Assembly (NCBI GenBank): GCA_963836755.1
Contig: CAWIKF010000003.1
Span: forward strand, 35,064 to 99,063
DNA length: 64,000 nucleotides
Direction of reading: 5' to 3'
DNA from: an uncultured Verrucomicrobiae bacterium
GTDB lineage: Bacteria > Verrucomicrobiota > Verrucomicrobiia > Chthoniobacterales > Chthoniobacteraceae
Shown: piece by piece, positions 37,556 to 47,700 of the stretch
Layout of the letters: each line of letters begins with the position of its first letter
How positions within the stretch are numbered: the stretch's first letter is position 1
Translations under genes and position numbers: made by a program
Notes under the pieces: model-generated
The model's input: the letters and a program-made list of their open reading frames with translations, nothing else
Database searches by the model: none
Told to the model about the DNA's origin: nothing

Positions 37556-38125
37556 ATGAATGAACTAAGGAACAAACGGGTTGCGATCCTTGCAGCGGAT
37601 GGCTTCGAACAAGTAGAGCTGGCCAAGCCGAAGCAGGCATTGGAGGAAGCTGGCGCCACTGCCAGCATCGTTTCTCCATCTTCCGGAGAGATACAAGGGA
37701 TGAATCATGCAGACAAAGGTGACAAGTTCCAAGTCGATCTTCCTTTGAAGCATGCAAAGCCCGAGGACTTTGATGCGTTGATGATTCCCGGCGGCTTGAT
37801 CAATCCTGACACCTTGCGCACTGACGAGGATGCGCTTCAGTTTGTGCGCAGTTTTTTCGCAGCCGGAAAACCGGTCGCCGCGATCTGCCATGCACCATGG
37901 GTTCTAATCGATGCAGGAGTTATTGAAGGAAGAAAATTGACCTCATGGGCAGCCATTCAGACTGATGTCAAAAATGCCGGCGGTCATTGGGTGGATGAAG
38001 AAGTGGTGGTCGATCACGGTTTGGTCACCAGCCGCAATCCCGGCGATATCCCGGCCTTCAACGCGAAAATGATCGAAGAATTCGCTGAAGGGATTCATCG
38101 CTCGTCAGCCCACGCGGCCGCTTAG
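37556..38125 (+). CDS. PfpI/DJ-1 family protein (YhbO-like)
   Basis: DGFEQVEL, PGG..NPD.LR, AAICHAPW and LVTSRNP.D motifs. Confidence 0.92.
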   Translation: MNELRNKRVAILAADGFEQVELAKPKQALEEAGATASIVSPSSGEIQGMNHADKGDKFQVDLPLKHAKPEDFDALMIPGGLINPDTLRTDEDALQFVRSFFAAGKPVAAICHAPWVLIDAGVIEGRKLTSWAAIQTDVKNAGGHWVDEEVVVDHGLVTSRNPGDIPAFNAKMIEEFAEGIHRSSAHAAA

Positions 38126-38139
38126 CGACATCTCGGGGA

Positions 38140-38643
38140 TCAGGAGTTCAGGCGGCGCATTCGCGCGGGAAACCCGGGAGTTTTCAAGCGCAATGCGTCG
38201 ACCATCCGCCCAACGTGTGGGTTTGCCGCGCGCGGCAGTAGAATCTCGAGGCTTCTCGTGTTTGAACCCCATTGCAGCACTTTGATCCGCACAAGGCGCA
38301 CGCCCCATTTGTTCATGCCCGCGCGGCTGTTTTTATAAAGGTCGATCGTGTCGGTGCCGACGAGTGCCGACCCGTAGTCATCGATCTCGCAGATCTCGCC
38401 GGTGTCCATGATTTCAAAGCGCGTGCCGACCGGATACCGCGACCAATCGGCGGCGGCGCTATGGACATTCTTGCAACTCAATGGCCGGCCGCACGCGCTG
38501 TTGCTGCCGCCGGGCTCGGTTTGGGTGTAGGCTGTGGTGCGCACCTTTTTCATTCCATCCACAAATCCGTTTCGCGGCTGTTGAGTGGCGCAGCCGACTG
38601 TGAAAAGCAGGCAAAGCAATAAGGCCGGGCAAAGTTTCAACAT
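38140..38643 (-). CDS. 3D-domain lipoprotein
   Basis: Lipobox TVGC; VRTTAY, AAADWSRYPVGT and DDYGSALVGTDTIDLY motifs. Confidence 0.82.
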   Translation of the reverse strand: MLKLCPALLLCLLFTVGCATQQPRNGFVDGMKKVRTTAYTQTEPGGSNSACGRPLSCKNVHSAAADWSRYPVGTRFEIMDTGEICEIDDYGSALVGTDTIDLYKNSRAGMNKWGVRLVRIKVLQWGSNTRSLEILLPRAANPHVGRMVDALRLKTPGFPARMRRLNS

Positions 38644-38744
38644 TAATCAGGGGAGTCCCGATAGCGCGGAGCGCGGGACTGCGCCGTGATTAGCGCAATT
38701 GCTACAGCGTTGGCAAGCGGGAGTTCAGCAAGTGCTTTTCAAAA

Positions 38745-38773
38745 TTGGACATGCGCGTGGCTAGGCTTAAAGT
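38745..38773 (+). promoter_or_regulatory. Putative sigma70 promoter giving a leaderless transcript
   Basis: TTGGAC-N17-TAAAGT, then 6 nt to ATG 38780; no Shine-Dalgarno sequence. Confidence 0.55.
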
Positions 38774-38779
38774 TTTCGC

Positions 38780-39457
38780 ATGAACTATTCCCTCCTCTTC
38801 AAAAAAAATCTCAACGTGAACGAACGGATCGCTTCGGGACTGGTTGGCGCGGCGCTGATCGCGCTGGGTCTTATGAAGCGCGGCTTCACCGGCTGGCTCT
38901 CGGCTGCATTTGGCAGCGCATTATTTTTCCGCGGCGCGTCCGGTAATTGCCAGCTGTATCAAGCGCTCGGCGTCAGCACCGCCCCTATCGGCGGCCGTTC
39001 TTCGCGCATCAGCGTGCCTGGCAATCGTGGGATCAAAGTTGAAAAGACGTTTTTTGTAGAGCGCGCGCCGGCGGAACTTTTTCGCACGTGGCGGAATTTT
39101 GAAAACCTGCCGCATTTCATGAAGCACCTCGAATCGGTGCAGATGCTCGACGAGAAACATTCGCACTGGATTGCGCGAGGGCCCGCGGGGCGGCGCGTGG
39201 AATGGGATGCAGAAGTGATTAACGAGCACCCGAACGAAATGATCGCGTGGCGGTCATTGGAAGGCGACGTTGATCACGCGGGAACGGTTCGTTTCCAACC
39301 GGTGCCCGGTGGAACGGAAGTCCGCATCGCGCTCGAATACGATCTGCCGGGAGGCGCAGTCGGCGCGGCTGTGGCAAAACTTTTTTGCGAGGAACCGGCG
39401 GAGCAGATCGATGCGGACATGCGCCGGTTTAAACAAATGATGGAGACGGCCGGCTAG
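38780..39457 (+). CDS. SRPBCC/cyclase family protein with N-terminal DUF2892-like membrane domain
   Basis: ERIAS, GNCQLYQALG, WRNFENLPHFMKHL, SHW and D.RRFKQ.METAG motifs. Confidence 0.9.
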   Translation: MNYSLLFKKNLNVNERIASGLVGAALIALGLMKRGFTGWLSAAFGSALFFRGASGNCQLYQALGVSTAPIGGRSSRISVPGNRGIKVEKTFFVERAPAELFRTWRNFENLPHFMKHLESVQMLDEKHSHWIARGPAGRRVEWDAEVINEHPNEMIAWRSLEGDVDHAGTVRFQPVPGGTEVRIALEYDLPGGAVGAAVAKLFCEEPAEQIDADMRRFKQMMETAG

Positions 39458-40134
39458 GCCTGAATGATGTGGTTGCGCACCGCGTAGCGCACCAGCGAGG
39501 CCACGCTGCGCAGCCGCAGCTTTTTCATGATATTGGCGCGATGCCTGACCACCGTGTTCACGCTGATGCCGAGCGTTTCCGCGATGACTTTATTGCTGCG
39601 GCCCTCGGCGATAAGCTGCACGGTCTCGCGTTCCCGCGGAGTGAGTGTGGTGCCGATGCCGGGACGGTTCGCAGCGCGCGAAAGATAGGTGTCATAAATC
39701 ATCCGCGCGATTCGCGAGTTAAAATACGGCGCGGCACGGCCGAGCTTTTCGACCGCTTCCAGCAGGCAGCGGCCCGTGTCGGATTTTAGCAGGTAGCCGA
39801 TCGCGCCAGCGGTGAGCAACTCGCGCACGAGCGTCTCGGATTCATGCATTGTTAAAATAAGCACCTGCGTTTGCGGCAGAGCTCGCTTGATTTGCCGCGT
39901 CGCCTCGAGCCCGTTGAGCAGCGGCATCGTGATGTCCATGATGACCACCGCAGGCTGCAATCGCACGGCTTCCGTGACGGCGTCGCGGCCGTTCGTTGCT
40001 TCACCACAAACCTCCCAGTCAGCGCGCGTCTCGAGCATCATGCGCAATCCGTGACGCACGATTTCATGATCATCGACGAGCAGAATTCGCAACTTCCCGC
40101 CCGATCCGCCCACACTTTTGATCCCGCTTCCCAT
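39454..40134 (-). CDS. NarL/LuxR family response regulator
   Basis: LLVDDH, MDITMP and LLKS in the receiver domain; LTPRE...AEGRSNK HTH. Confidence 0.93.
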   Translation of the reverse strand: MGSGIKSVGGSGGKLRILLVDDHEIVRHGLRMMLETRADWEVCGEATNGRDAVTEAVRLQPAVVIMDITMPLLNGLEATRQIKRALPQTQVLILTMHESETLVRELLTAGAIGYLLKSDTGRCLLEAVEKLGRAAPYFNSRIARMIYDTYLSRAANRPGIGTTLTPRERETVQLIAEGRSNKVIAETLGISVNTVVRHRANIMKKLRLRSVASLVRYAVRNHIIQA

Positions 40135-40157
40135 TACGGGAAATCATTCCCGATTTT

Positions 40158-40826
40158 TTACTTTTGCGCCAGCCGGTTAATTGTCGCCGCCGCATAAGCC
40201 GCGCCGAATCCATTGTCGATGTTGACGACCGTGACGCCGCTTCCACAACTGTTTAACATCCCGAGTAACGCAGCAATCCCGCCAAAACTCGCGCCGTAGC
40301 CGACGCTGGTCGGCACCGCAATGACCGGCCGGCTCACCAATCCCGCGACGGCGCTCGGCAGCGCTCCCTCCATTCCCGCGACCACGATGATCACGTGACA
40401 GTTCTCGAGCCGATCACGTTCCCCGAGCAGCCGGTGAATGCCGGCAACGCCGACGTCGCAGATGCGCTCGACTCGATTGCCGAAAAACTCGAGCGTCACC
40501 GCCGCTTCCTCGGCGACCGGCAAGTCGGACGTGCCCGCGCAGACGACAGCAATGTTGCCAGTCATCGGCAGCGGCGGAGTGTTTACTATCGTGAAACAAC
40601 GTGCGCGCGGGTGAAATTGCGCATTGGGAAATTCCGCGGCCAGCAAATCCGCCTGATCGCCGTTCATGCGCGTGCCAAGCACCTGCCCATCTTTCTCCAG
40701 AATAGTCCGCGCGATCGCCACCACCTCGACAGCAGTTTTTCCTCCGCAAAAAATTACCTCTGGAAAGCCGCACCGATCTTTTCGGTCCGTATCGACGCGC
40801 GCGAAACCGAGATCGACGTATTTCAC
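40158..40826 (-). CDS. larB: Nickel pincer cofactor biosynthesis protein LarB
   Basis: GFPEVIF, AGTSDLPVAEEA, DVGVAGIHRL, AGMEGAL, PTSVGYG and VNIDNGFGA motifs. Confidence 0.92.
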   Translation of the reverse strand: MKYVDLGFARVDTDRKDRCGFPEVIFCGGKTAVEVVAIARTILEKDGQVLGTRMNGDQADLLAAEFPNAQFHPRARCFTIVNTPPLPMTGNIAVVCAGTSDLPVAEEAAVTLEFFGNRVERICDVGVAGIHRLLGERDRLENCHVIIVVAGMEGALPSAVAGLVSRPVIAVPTSVGYGASFGGIAALLGMLNSCGSGVTVVNIDNGFGAAYAAATINRLAQK

Positions 40827-41293
40827 CGGCCCGAATCGGAGGAAATCACGAGCCGCAGCGGAATCATCTTTGACTCGACGAAACCGTGTTTTTTAAAAAA
40901 CAGCTGCGCGTCATCGTTTAGACGGTCCGTTAACAGTGTGATGCGCAAGAAATCCTTCTCCTGCGCGTAGCGGATCGCATATTGCAGCAGCTGATCGCCG
41001 TAACCGTGATGCCGATGCTCGCGGTGGACGATCATGTCTTCGAGGAGCACGACGAACCCGCCCTCAGCCGTGCTGATCGTGATCAGGAGATTGATCATCG
41101 CGAGGATTGAGCCGTTTTGCCGCACCACAAAAATGCGCCCGCGGCTCGGCTGCTCGAGGATGAGCCGCAGCCCGCGCATCTGCTTGCTGCGATCCGGCTG
41201 GAAATCGCTCTCCATAGTGAAGAGGTCCGTGAGCAAATCCGTCAGCTGCGGAAGATCTTCGATCGTGGCTTGCTCGATGGCGATTTTTTCCAT
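40823..41293 (-). CDS. GNAT family N-acetyltransferase
   Basis: ISTAEGG, LEDMIV...HRHHGYG and FFKKHGF motifs; GTGA overlap with larB. Confidence 0.88.
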   Translation of the reverse strand: MEKIAIEQATIEDLPQLTDLLTDLFTMESDFQPDRSKQMRGLRLILEQPSRGRIFVVRQNGSILAMINLLITISTAEGGFVVLLEDMIVHREHRHHGYGDQLLQYAIRYAQEKDFLRITLLTDRLNDDAQLFFKKHGFVESKMIPLRLVISSDSGR

Positions 41294-41373
41294 TGCAAAG
41301 CGGCGTGTATGACACAACTGCGCATCGCCGAAAAGATTCTTCTCGCACCATTCCGCTTCCGCTAAAACGCGGC

Positions 41374-43434
41374 GTGCCCGCGAACTCATTAACCTACGAT
41401 GTCGTCATCGCCGGCGGCGGTTTCGCGGGAATTTATTGCGCACAGGCGATCGGACGCGCGCTCGGTAAAAAAGGACGCGATCGAGTCGCGATCGTTGCCG
41501 ATCGCAACTACATGGTTTTCCAGCCGATGCTCGCGGAGGTCTGCGGCTCATCCATCTCGCCACGCCACGTCGTCAATCCCATCCGCAGCCTTTGTCGAAA
41601 CGTCAGCGTTTTGCGCGGAAGCATCCGAGCGATCGATCTGCCACAGCGCCGCCTCGCACTCAACGCCGGCAATTTTACGGGCGAGATCAACATCGGCTTT
41701 CAGCATCTCGTCGTGACCATCGGCGGGATCGTTGATCTGAGCCGCGTGCCGGGAATGCCCGAGCATGCATTTTTGATGAAATCAGTCGGCGACGCGATCG
41801 AGCTGCGGGGAGCGATCATCGACCGGCTCGAGGAGGCGACATTATGCAGCGATGAAGCCGAAGCGCGCAAACTGTTAACGTTTGTCATCGTCGGCGGCGG
41901 CTATTCCGGCGTCGAGACAGCGGGGCAAATTCTCGATCTCATCCAGGGCATTCATAAATTTTACCCGCGTCTCGCGATTCCGGAATTTCGCGTCATCCTC
42001 ATTCACAGCGGCCCGCATTTGCTGCCGGAAATCAGCGAGACGCTCGGCCATTACTGCGAGAAAAACATGCGCGAGCGCGGCGTTGAAATCATCCTCAACG
42101 CGCGTGTCACCGCGATGACCTCGAGCAAAGTCGCCCTGGGCGACGGCCGCACGATCGAGACACACACCGTTGTATCAACAGTCGGTAACGCACCGCATCC
42201 GCTCGTGCTCGACCTTTGCCAGAAAAATAACCTCGAGTGTCTGAAAGGCCGCATCGCGACTGACTCGATGATGCGCGTGAAAGGCCAGAAAAACCTCTGG
42301 GCCGCCGGCGACTGCGCGGCCGTGCCTTTGTGGGATCCGGTGGCAATGCAGAAAAAGTTGGGGGATGAAAAGGCGCCCGCAAAATTTTGTCCGCCCACCG
42401 CGCAGTTCGCGTATCGGCAAGGTTTGCTGCTCGGCAAAAACCTCGCTGATGAATTGGCAGGTCGCAGTTTGAAACCGTTCAAATTCACCGGCCTCGGCGA
42501 ACTCGCATCCATCGGCCATCGCAGCGCGGTCGCCGATATCATGGGCATTCGCTTTTCCGGAATTTTTGCGTGGCTGATGTGGCGAACCATCTATCTATCA
42601 AAGCTGCCGGGCCTCGACCGCAAGCTGCGCGTCGTCATCGATTGGACGCTCGACCTCTTTTTTCCGCGCGACATCACGCTGCTCCGCACCCGGCCGACGG
42701 AGCTTCTCCAGGAAACTCACTTGGAGAAAGGCGACTCCGTTTTTCACTCCGGCGAGCCCGCGCTCTCGTTTTACATCGTTAAAAAAGGCCGCATCAATTT
42801 GTCAGACGAAACCGGCGTCGTAAAAAGCCTCACGAGCGGCGAGCACTTCGGCGAGCGCGCGCTGATGCAGGACAAAATCTGGCGCTTCAATGCCGTGGCA
42901 GCGGAGTCGTCGACGCTCGTTTCGATCGATGCGAAATCTTTCGATTCGATCAATCGCTCGAGCAGCTCCATGCACAAACTTTTCGAGCATTCCGCAGCGC
43001 AATATCTCACGCGGCAGCGCGTCGAGGACCTCATCTCCATGTTGCCCGAATCCGTTCGGCGCATGCGCGTCGAGGACGTAATGGCGCGCAATCCAGTCAC
43101 GCTGCAGTCGGACCAAACTATCGACGGCGCGCTGAAGACGCTGGTCACACATCCGTTCAATTCTTTTCCGCTTGTCACACAAAATGCCGAACTGCTCGGC
43201 GTGATCACGCAGTCGCAAATTTACGACGCCCTTCGCGAAGGCACGGTCACGCGCGAAAGCCCGGTGAGCCAGCTCCAGCCGAATACGCTGCCGACCGTGC
43301 AGGCGACGGCGAACGTGCCCGATGCCGTCGAGCAGATTTTTCGCACCGGCAGCAACAAGCTGCTCGTCCTCGACGAAAATTCTCGCTTGTGCGGCGTGCT
43401 GACGCCGATTGATTTGCTGGCGAGGCAGTCGTAA
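41374..43434 (+). CDS. Type II NAD(P)H:quinone oxidoreductase (NDH-2) fused to cNMP-binding and tandem CBS domains
   Basis: GGGFAG, FQPML, GGGYSGVE, WAAGD, PPTAQ.A.RQG and WLMWR.IYL motifs; then GEHFGERAL (cNMP) and two CBS repeats. GTG start inferred. Confidence 0.88.
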   Translation: MPANSLTYDVVIAGGGFAGIYCAQAIGRALGKKGRDRVAIVADRNYMVFQPMLAEVCGSSISPRHVVNPIRSLCRNVSVLRGSIRAIDLPQRRLALNAGNFTGEINIGFQHLVVTIGGIVDLSRVPGMPEHAFLMKSVGDAIELRGAIIDRLEEATLCSDEAEARKLLTFVIVGGGYSGVETAGQILDLIQGIHKFYPRLAIPEFRVILIHSGPHLLPEISETLGHYCEKNMRERGVEIILNARVTAMTSSKVALGDGRTIETHTVVSTVGNAPHPLVLDLCQKNNLECLKGRIATDSMMRVKGQKNLWAAGDCAAVPLWDPVAMQKKLGDEKAPAKFCPPTAQFAYRQGLLLGKNLADELAGRSLKPFKFTGLGELASIGHRSAVADIMGIRFSGIFAWLMWRTIYLSKLPGLDRKLRVVIDWTLDLFFPRDITLLRTRPTELLQETHLEKGDSVFHSGEPALSFYIVKKGRINLSDETGVVKSLTSGEHFGERALMQDKIWRFNAVAAESSTLVSIDAKSFDSINRSSSSMHKLFEHSAAQYLTRQRVEDLISMLPESVRRMRVEDVMARNPVTLQSDQTIDGALKTLVTHPFNSFPLVTQNAELLGVITQSQIYDALREGTVTRESPVSQLQPNTLPTVQATANVPDAVEQIFRTGSNKLLVLDENSRLCGVLTPIDLLARQS

Positions 43435-43503
43435 AAGCGGCTGCGAAATGCTTTAAAAAAAGTTTTCGTTCCGCTATGCATGCGAACACAACCTGGTTTG
43501 CCC

Positions 43504-44328
43504 ATGAAAAATTCCGTCAAATTCTCTTCGCTCAGCATCGCAGTTCTGCTCGTCGCCTGCAGCACGCTTCAGCATGGCACGGTTATTGGAAAACGGACGC
43601 AGCATCCGGAGAGTGATTATTACAGGCTCGGCGACGCATACGTTTTGGAAGTGGAAGGCACCGACTCAAAGGGACGGCACGAAACGAAGAACATCCTCGT
43701 CTCGCAGAAGGAATGGTCACGCTACAAAGTTGGCGACACCTATTCGACTGGAAAATCTGCGAGCCCGAAAAAAACAAAGCCAGAACCGAAGGAGACTCCT
43801 GCCAAAAAACACACGGCGAAGAAAGCGCCTTCCGCGTCAGCATCAAGAGCGCCGATAAAGTTGCCGGGAAAACCGGCGCCTGCCGGAACGCCCGTCGCGA
43901 TCAAACCTTCACCGACGCCGCGTCCGACGCCCAAGCCGACGCCGACTCCAACCCCGAAGCCGACGCCGAAATCTTCACCGAGCGCGACACCAAAATCATC
44001 GCCGAGCCAGACGCCGCAGCTATTGCCACAACCAATCGTGAAGTCGTCAGCGACGGTCACGCCGCAACCTTCGCCAAAAGCTCTGAAACCTTTGACAGCG
44101 GCCGATCGCGCGGCTTTGGAAAAAGTGCGGCTCAGCGCAATGGAAGATGCAAAAGTGCGCGCGCTCAAAGACAAAATTCACTCGGCGCGAAGTGACGAAG
44201 AACAGCGTGCGGCCTCTGCGGAATACACGCGCGCCCTTTCCAATCGCATGCGCCAGATCGCGCCACAGCTTGGCCCAAAAATCGATCAGGCGGAGAGCGA
44301 ATCGCTCAAAGATATCTCCAGTCAGTAG
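43504..44328 (+). CDS. Putative lipoprotein with a long Pro/Lys/Thr-rich linker
   Basis: Lipobox LVAC, a small beta-rich domain, PTPKPTP repeats and a helical C-terminus. Confidence 0.7.
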   Translation: MKNSVKFSSLSIAVLLVACSTLQHGTVIGKRTQHPESDYYRLGDAYVLEVEGTDSKGRHETKNILVSQKEWSRYKVGDTYSTGKSASPKKTKPEPKETPAKKHTAKKAPSASASRAPIKLPGKPAPAGTPVAIKPSPTPRPTPKPTPTPTPKPTPKSSPSATPKSSPSQTPQLLPQPIVKSSATVTPQPSPKALKPLTAADRAALEKVRLSAMEDAKVRALKDKIHSARSDEEQRAASAEYTRALSNRMRQIAPQLGPKIDQAESESLKDISSQ

Positions 44329-44334
44329 CCGAGG

Positions 44335-44769
44335 CTACATCAGCGGCAACTGCGCTAGCTTCAGCCAAAAATCGTGCAGAGCGCGGACTACGTGCACGAA
44401 CCCGTCCATGTCCACCGGTTTCGCGATGTAACAATTCGCCTGCAAATCGTAGGCGGTCGCAATGTCCTCCGCTGATTTCGACGTCGTAAGCACAATCACC
44501 GGAATTCGCCGCAAATCCTGATCCTGCTTGATTTCGCGCAAAACCTCGCGCCCATCCTTTCGCGGCAAATTTAAATCCAACAGCACCAAATCCGGGCGCG
44601 GCATTTTCGCAAATTTTCCACGGCGGCGCAAAAAATCGAGAGCTTCGACCCCATCGGAAGCCGTGTGAAGATTGTGTTCGAGAGCCGCTTCCGCGAGTGC
44701 TTCGCGGGCGAGACGAGCTTCCGCGTGATCATCTTCGACCAATAAAATTTCAGCCTTCGCGATGTTCAT
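44335..44769 (-). CDS. Single-domain response regulator (Rcp1-like)
   Basis: LLVEDD, LLDLNLPRKDG, VLTTS and YIAKPVD motifs; ATGA overlap with the kinase. Confidence 0.92.
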   Translation of the reverse strand: MNIAKAEILLVEDDHAEARLAREALAEAALEHNLHTASDGVEALDFLRRRGKFAKMPRPDLVLLDLNLPRKDGREVLREIKQDQDLRRIPVIVLTTSKSAEDIATAYDLQANCYIAKPVDMDGFVHVVRALHDFWLKLAQLPLM

Positions 44770-47700
44770 GCGGAAATTTCTGGCGCAGCGGCGAGCGTGA
44801 AAAAGAAGGTCGTCCCCTCGCCTTTTTTGGAGTCGATCCAGATCCGGCCGCCGTGACGATCGACGATTTTTTTGCAAATCGCCAAACCGATTCCAGTGCC
44901 CGCGTATTCATCGCGGCTGTGAAGGCGCTGGAAAATCACGAAGACGCGCTCGAAGAACTTTGACTCTATTCCAATGCCGTTGTCAGCAATTCCGATTCGC
45001 CACATGCCGTTTTCGCGCGCAGCGGTGACGCGCACGCGCGGCGTTTCCGCTCCGCGAAACTTGATGGCGTTGCCGATCAAATTTTGCAAAAGCTGCGTGA
45101 GTTGCCGTTTATCGCCAGCAACGGCAGGCAGCGGATCGGCGTCGATTTGCGCACCACTTTCCTCGATCGCCACTTTTAAATTGATGCGAACCGCGGCGAG
45201 AATTTCCTGGAGCTCCACGTGCTCGAGCACGTGCCCTTGCGTGCCGACGCGCGAGTATTGGAGCAGGTCGGTGATGAATTGCTGCATCCGCCGCGCGCCA
45301 TCCACCGCGAACTCGATAAACTCATTTGCGGTAGCGTCGAGCTTGTCCGAGTAGCGCCTTTGCAGCAGCTGCGTGTAGCTCGCGACCATGCGCAGCGGCT
45401 CCTGCATGTCGTGCGACGCGACGTAGGCGAATTGCTCGAGCTCCTCGTTCGATCGCTTGAGTTCCGCGGCCGTCCGCTCCAGCTCCTCGCGTGCCTGCTT
45501 GTGCTCGGTGATGTCCTCGGAAATGCCGAGGAGGTATTGCGGCGCGCCCTCGGAATTCGCGATCGGGATTTTTTTTGTGTGCAAAAAGCGGAGCCCTTTC
45601 ACGCGGGTGCGAATCTCCTCCTCGGCAATGTCCACGACCTCTCCGTTTTGTAATACCGCGCGATCATTTTCCGTGAAAAACCCCGCTTCTTCCGGCGGAA
45701 AAAAATCCGAATCTTTTTTGCCAATGAAGTCCTCGCGCCGCACGCCGAGTAAATCTTCGCCCGCTTTGTTCAAGCGCACAAAGCGGAGCTCGCGCGCATC
45801 TTTCACAAAAATCATGTTCGGAATATTTTCGACGATCGAGTGGAGGAAGCTGTGCAGCTCGCGCAATTTTTCCTCCGCCTCGCGCCGCTCAGTGAGATCG
45901 ATGTGCGAGCCGGCCATGCGATATGGCTTCCCGTTTTCGTCGCGCAGCGCCACGCCGCGCGCGAGAATCCAGCGATACGTGCCGTCCTTGTGCAGCAGCC
46001 GATGCTCGAGTTCGTAGACCGGCGTTTCACCTCTGAAATAAGCCTCGATCGTTTCGCGCGCGCGGACGCGATCGTCGGGATGCACGCGCTTTTCCCACTC
46101 CTCGAGCTTGTCGCCGATTTCGTCGTAATCGTAGCCGAGCATCGTTTTCCAGCGCCGAGAAAAATACGTTTCGTTCGTCGCCAAGTTCCAATCCCAGACG
46201 CCGTCATTCGTGCCGCGGATCACAAGCTCAAAGCGCTCCGTGCTTTCGCGCAACGCCGCTTCGATCCGCTTGCGCTGTGCGATTTCTGAAAGCAATTGCG
46301 CGTTCGTTTCCGCTAGATCGGCAGTGCGTGCCGCCACATTTTTTTCGAGGGTTTCGCGCGCGTGCCGAAGCGTCTCCTCGACCTCGCGCCGCGCGCTGAT
46401 GTCGGTGACGTGCAGCAGCACGGCTTTTTTTCCATCGTAGTCAATGCGCGTGCCGCGAATTTCCACCGGCACGCTCGTTCCATCTTTGCGCAAACTTTTG
46501 CTCTCAACGAGACGCAGCGAACCGTCGATCCACAGCGGAAAAGTCCGCTCCAGATCGTTCTTCACGTCCGATGGAACAAGATCGCTCACATTTTTGCCGA
46601 CGAGTTCCGCGGAGGTGAGACCGTGCAATTTGCACGCGGCGCTGTTCGCATCGATCACGCGGCCGCTGTCATCCTCGACAAAGATCGCGGTCGGCGAAAA
46701 TTCGAAGAGACTGCGAAAAAGCGTTTCGCTTTTTTTCAAGGCCGAGGCCGTTGCATCACGCTCCGCGACCCGCTGCTCGAGCGATGCCGCCATTTCATCG
46801 AATGCGTCAGCGAGTTGGCTCAACTCGCCACCGCGTGGATTGCTCCGGACGCGCGCTTTTAAATTTCCCGCCGTCACCTCGCGCGCCGCGGCCACCAGCG
46901 CGTTCACCCGGCGCAGCACGAGCAGATCGGCGATGAACCAGGACGCCGCCAGCGCCGCGATCGCAAATGTGGCCATCGTCCACAGTTGCCGCACCAGCAT
47001 TTTGTTAGCGTTGTGATACGCCAGGTCGCTGGGGATTCCGATGCTGATGAACACGCGGCGGTCCAGCCCCTGTTTCAAATGCAGATTCGTGAACGCATAC
47101 AATCGCCTCACGCCATCGATGCCTTCCGTCTCGGCCGTCCCTTCGTTTTTTGCACTCAGGATTATTTCTCCAATCGGGGCTCCCGCAGCGGATGTCCCGA
47201 CCCATCGATTCGCGTCGGGATAGCGCGCAAGGATCGTGCCATCTTGATCGATGGCGGACATCGTCGCGCGGGCCGGCAAATCCATCCGCTGCATGATGTC
47301 GCTCAACCAGCTCAAATTGAGCGCCGCATAGATCACGGCGAAAGCGTGATGATCTTCGCCGATCAATGGAAACGCGACGTTGAGCGAAGCGATTTTTGTG
47401 ATGCGCCCGACCTGAAAATCTCCGACGGCGAAGTCGCGTGCTTTGATGGCGCGCTGGAAATAAGAGCGTTGAGCAAGATTGATCGGCTCGTCAAAAGCGA
47501 TGCCGCTCGCGAGGAGATTTCCGTCAGCGTCGAGAAGCCCGAGGTTTGCGAAGAGCGGAAAACGCTGAACGATTTTTGCAAACAGCGCGTTGCATTTCTC
47601 CCGATTCCGCTCCTGCACCGCCGGCGTTTGCGCGAGTGTGACGAGAATCTGCCGCGCGCTTTCTATCAGCCGTTCGTTATTGCTCGCGCACAATCTCGCC

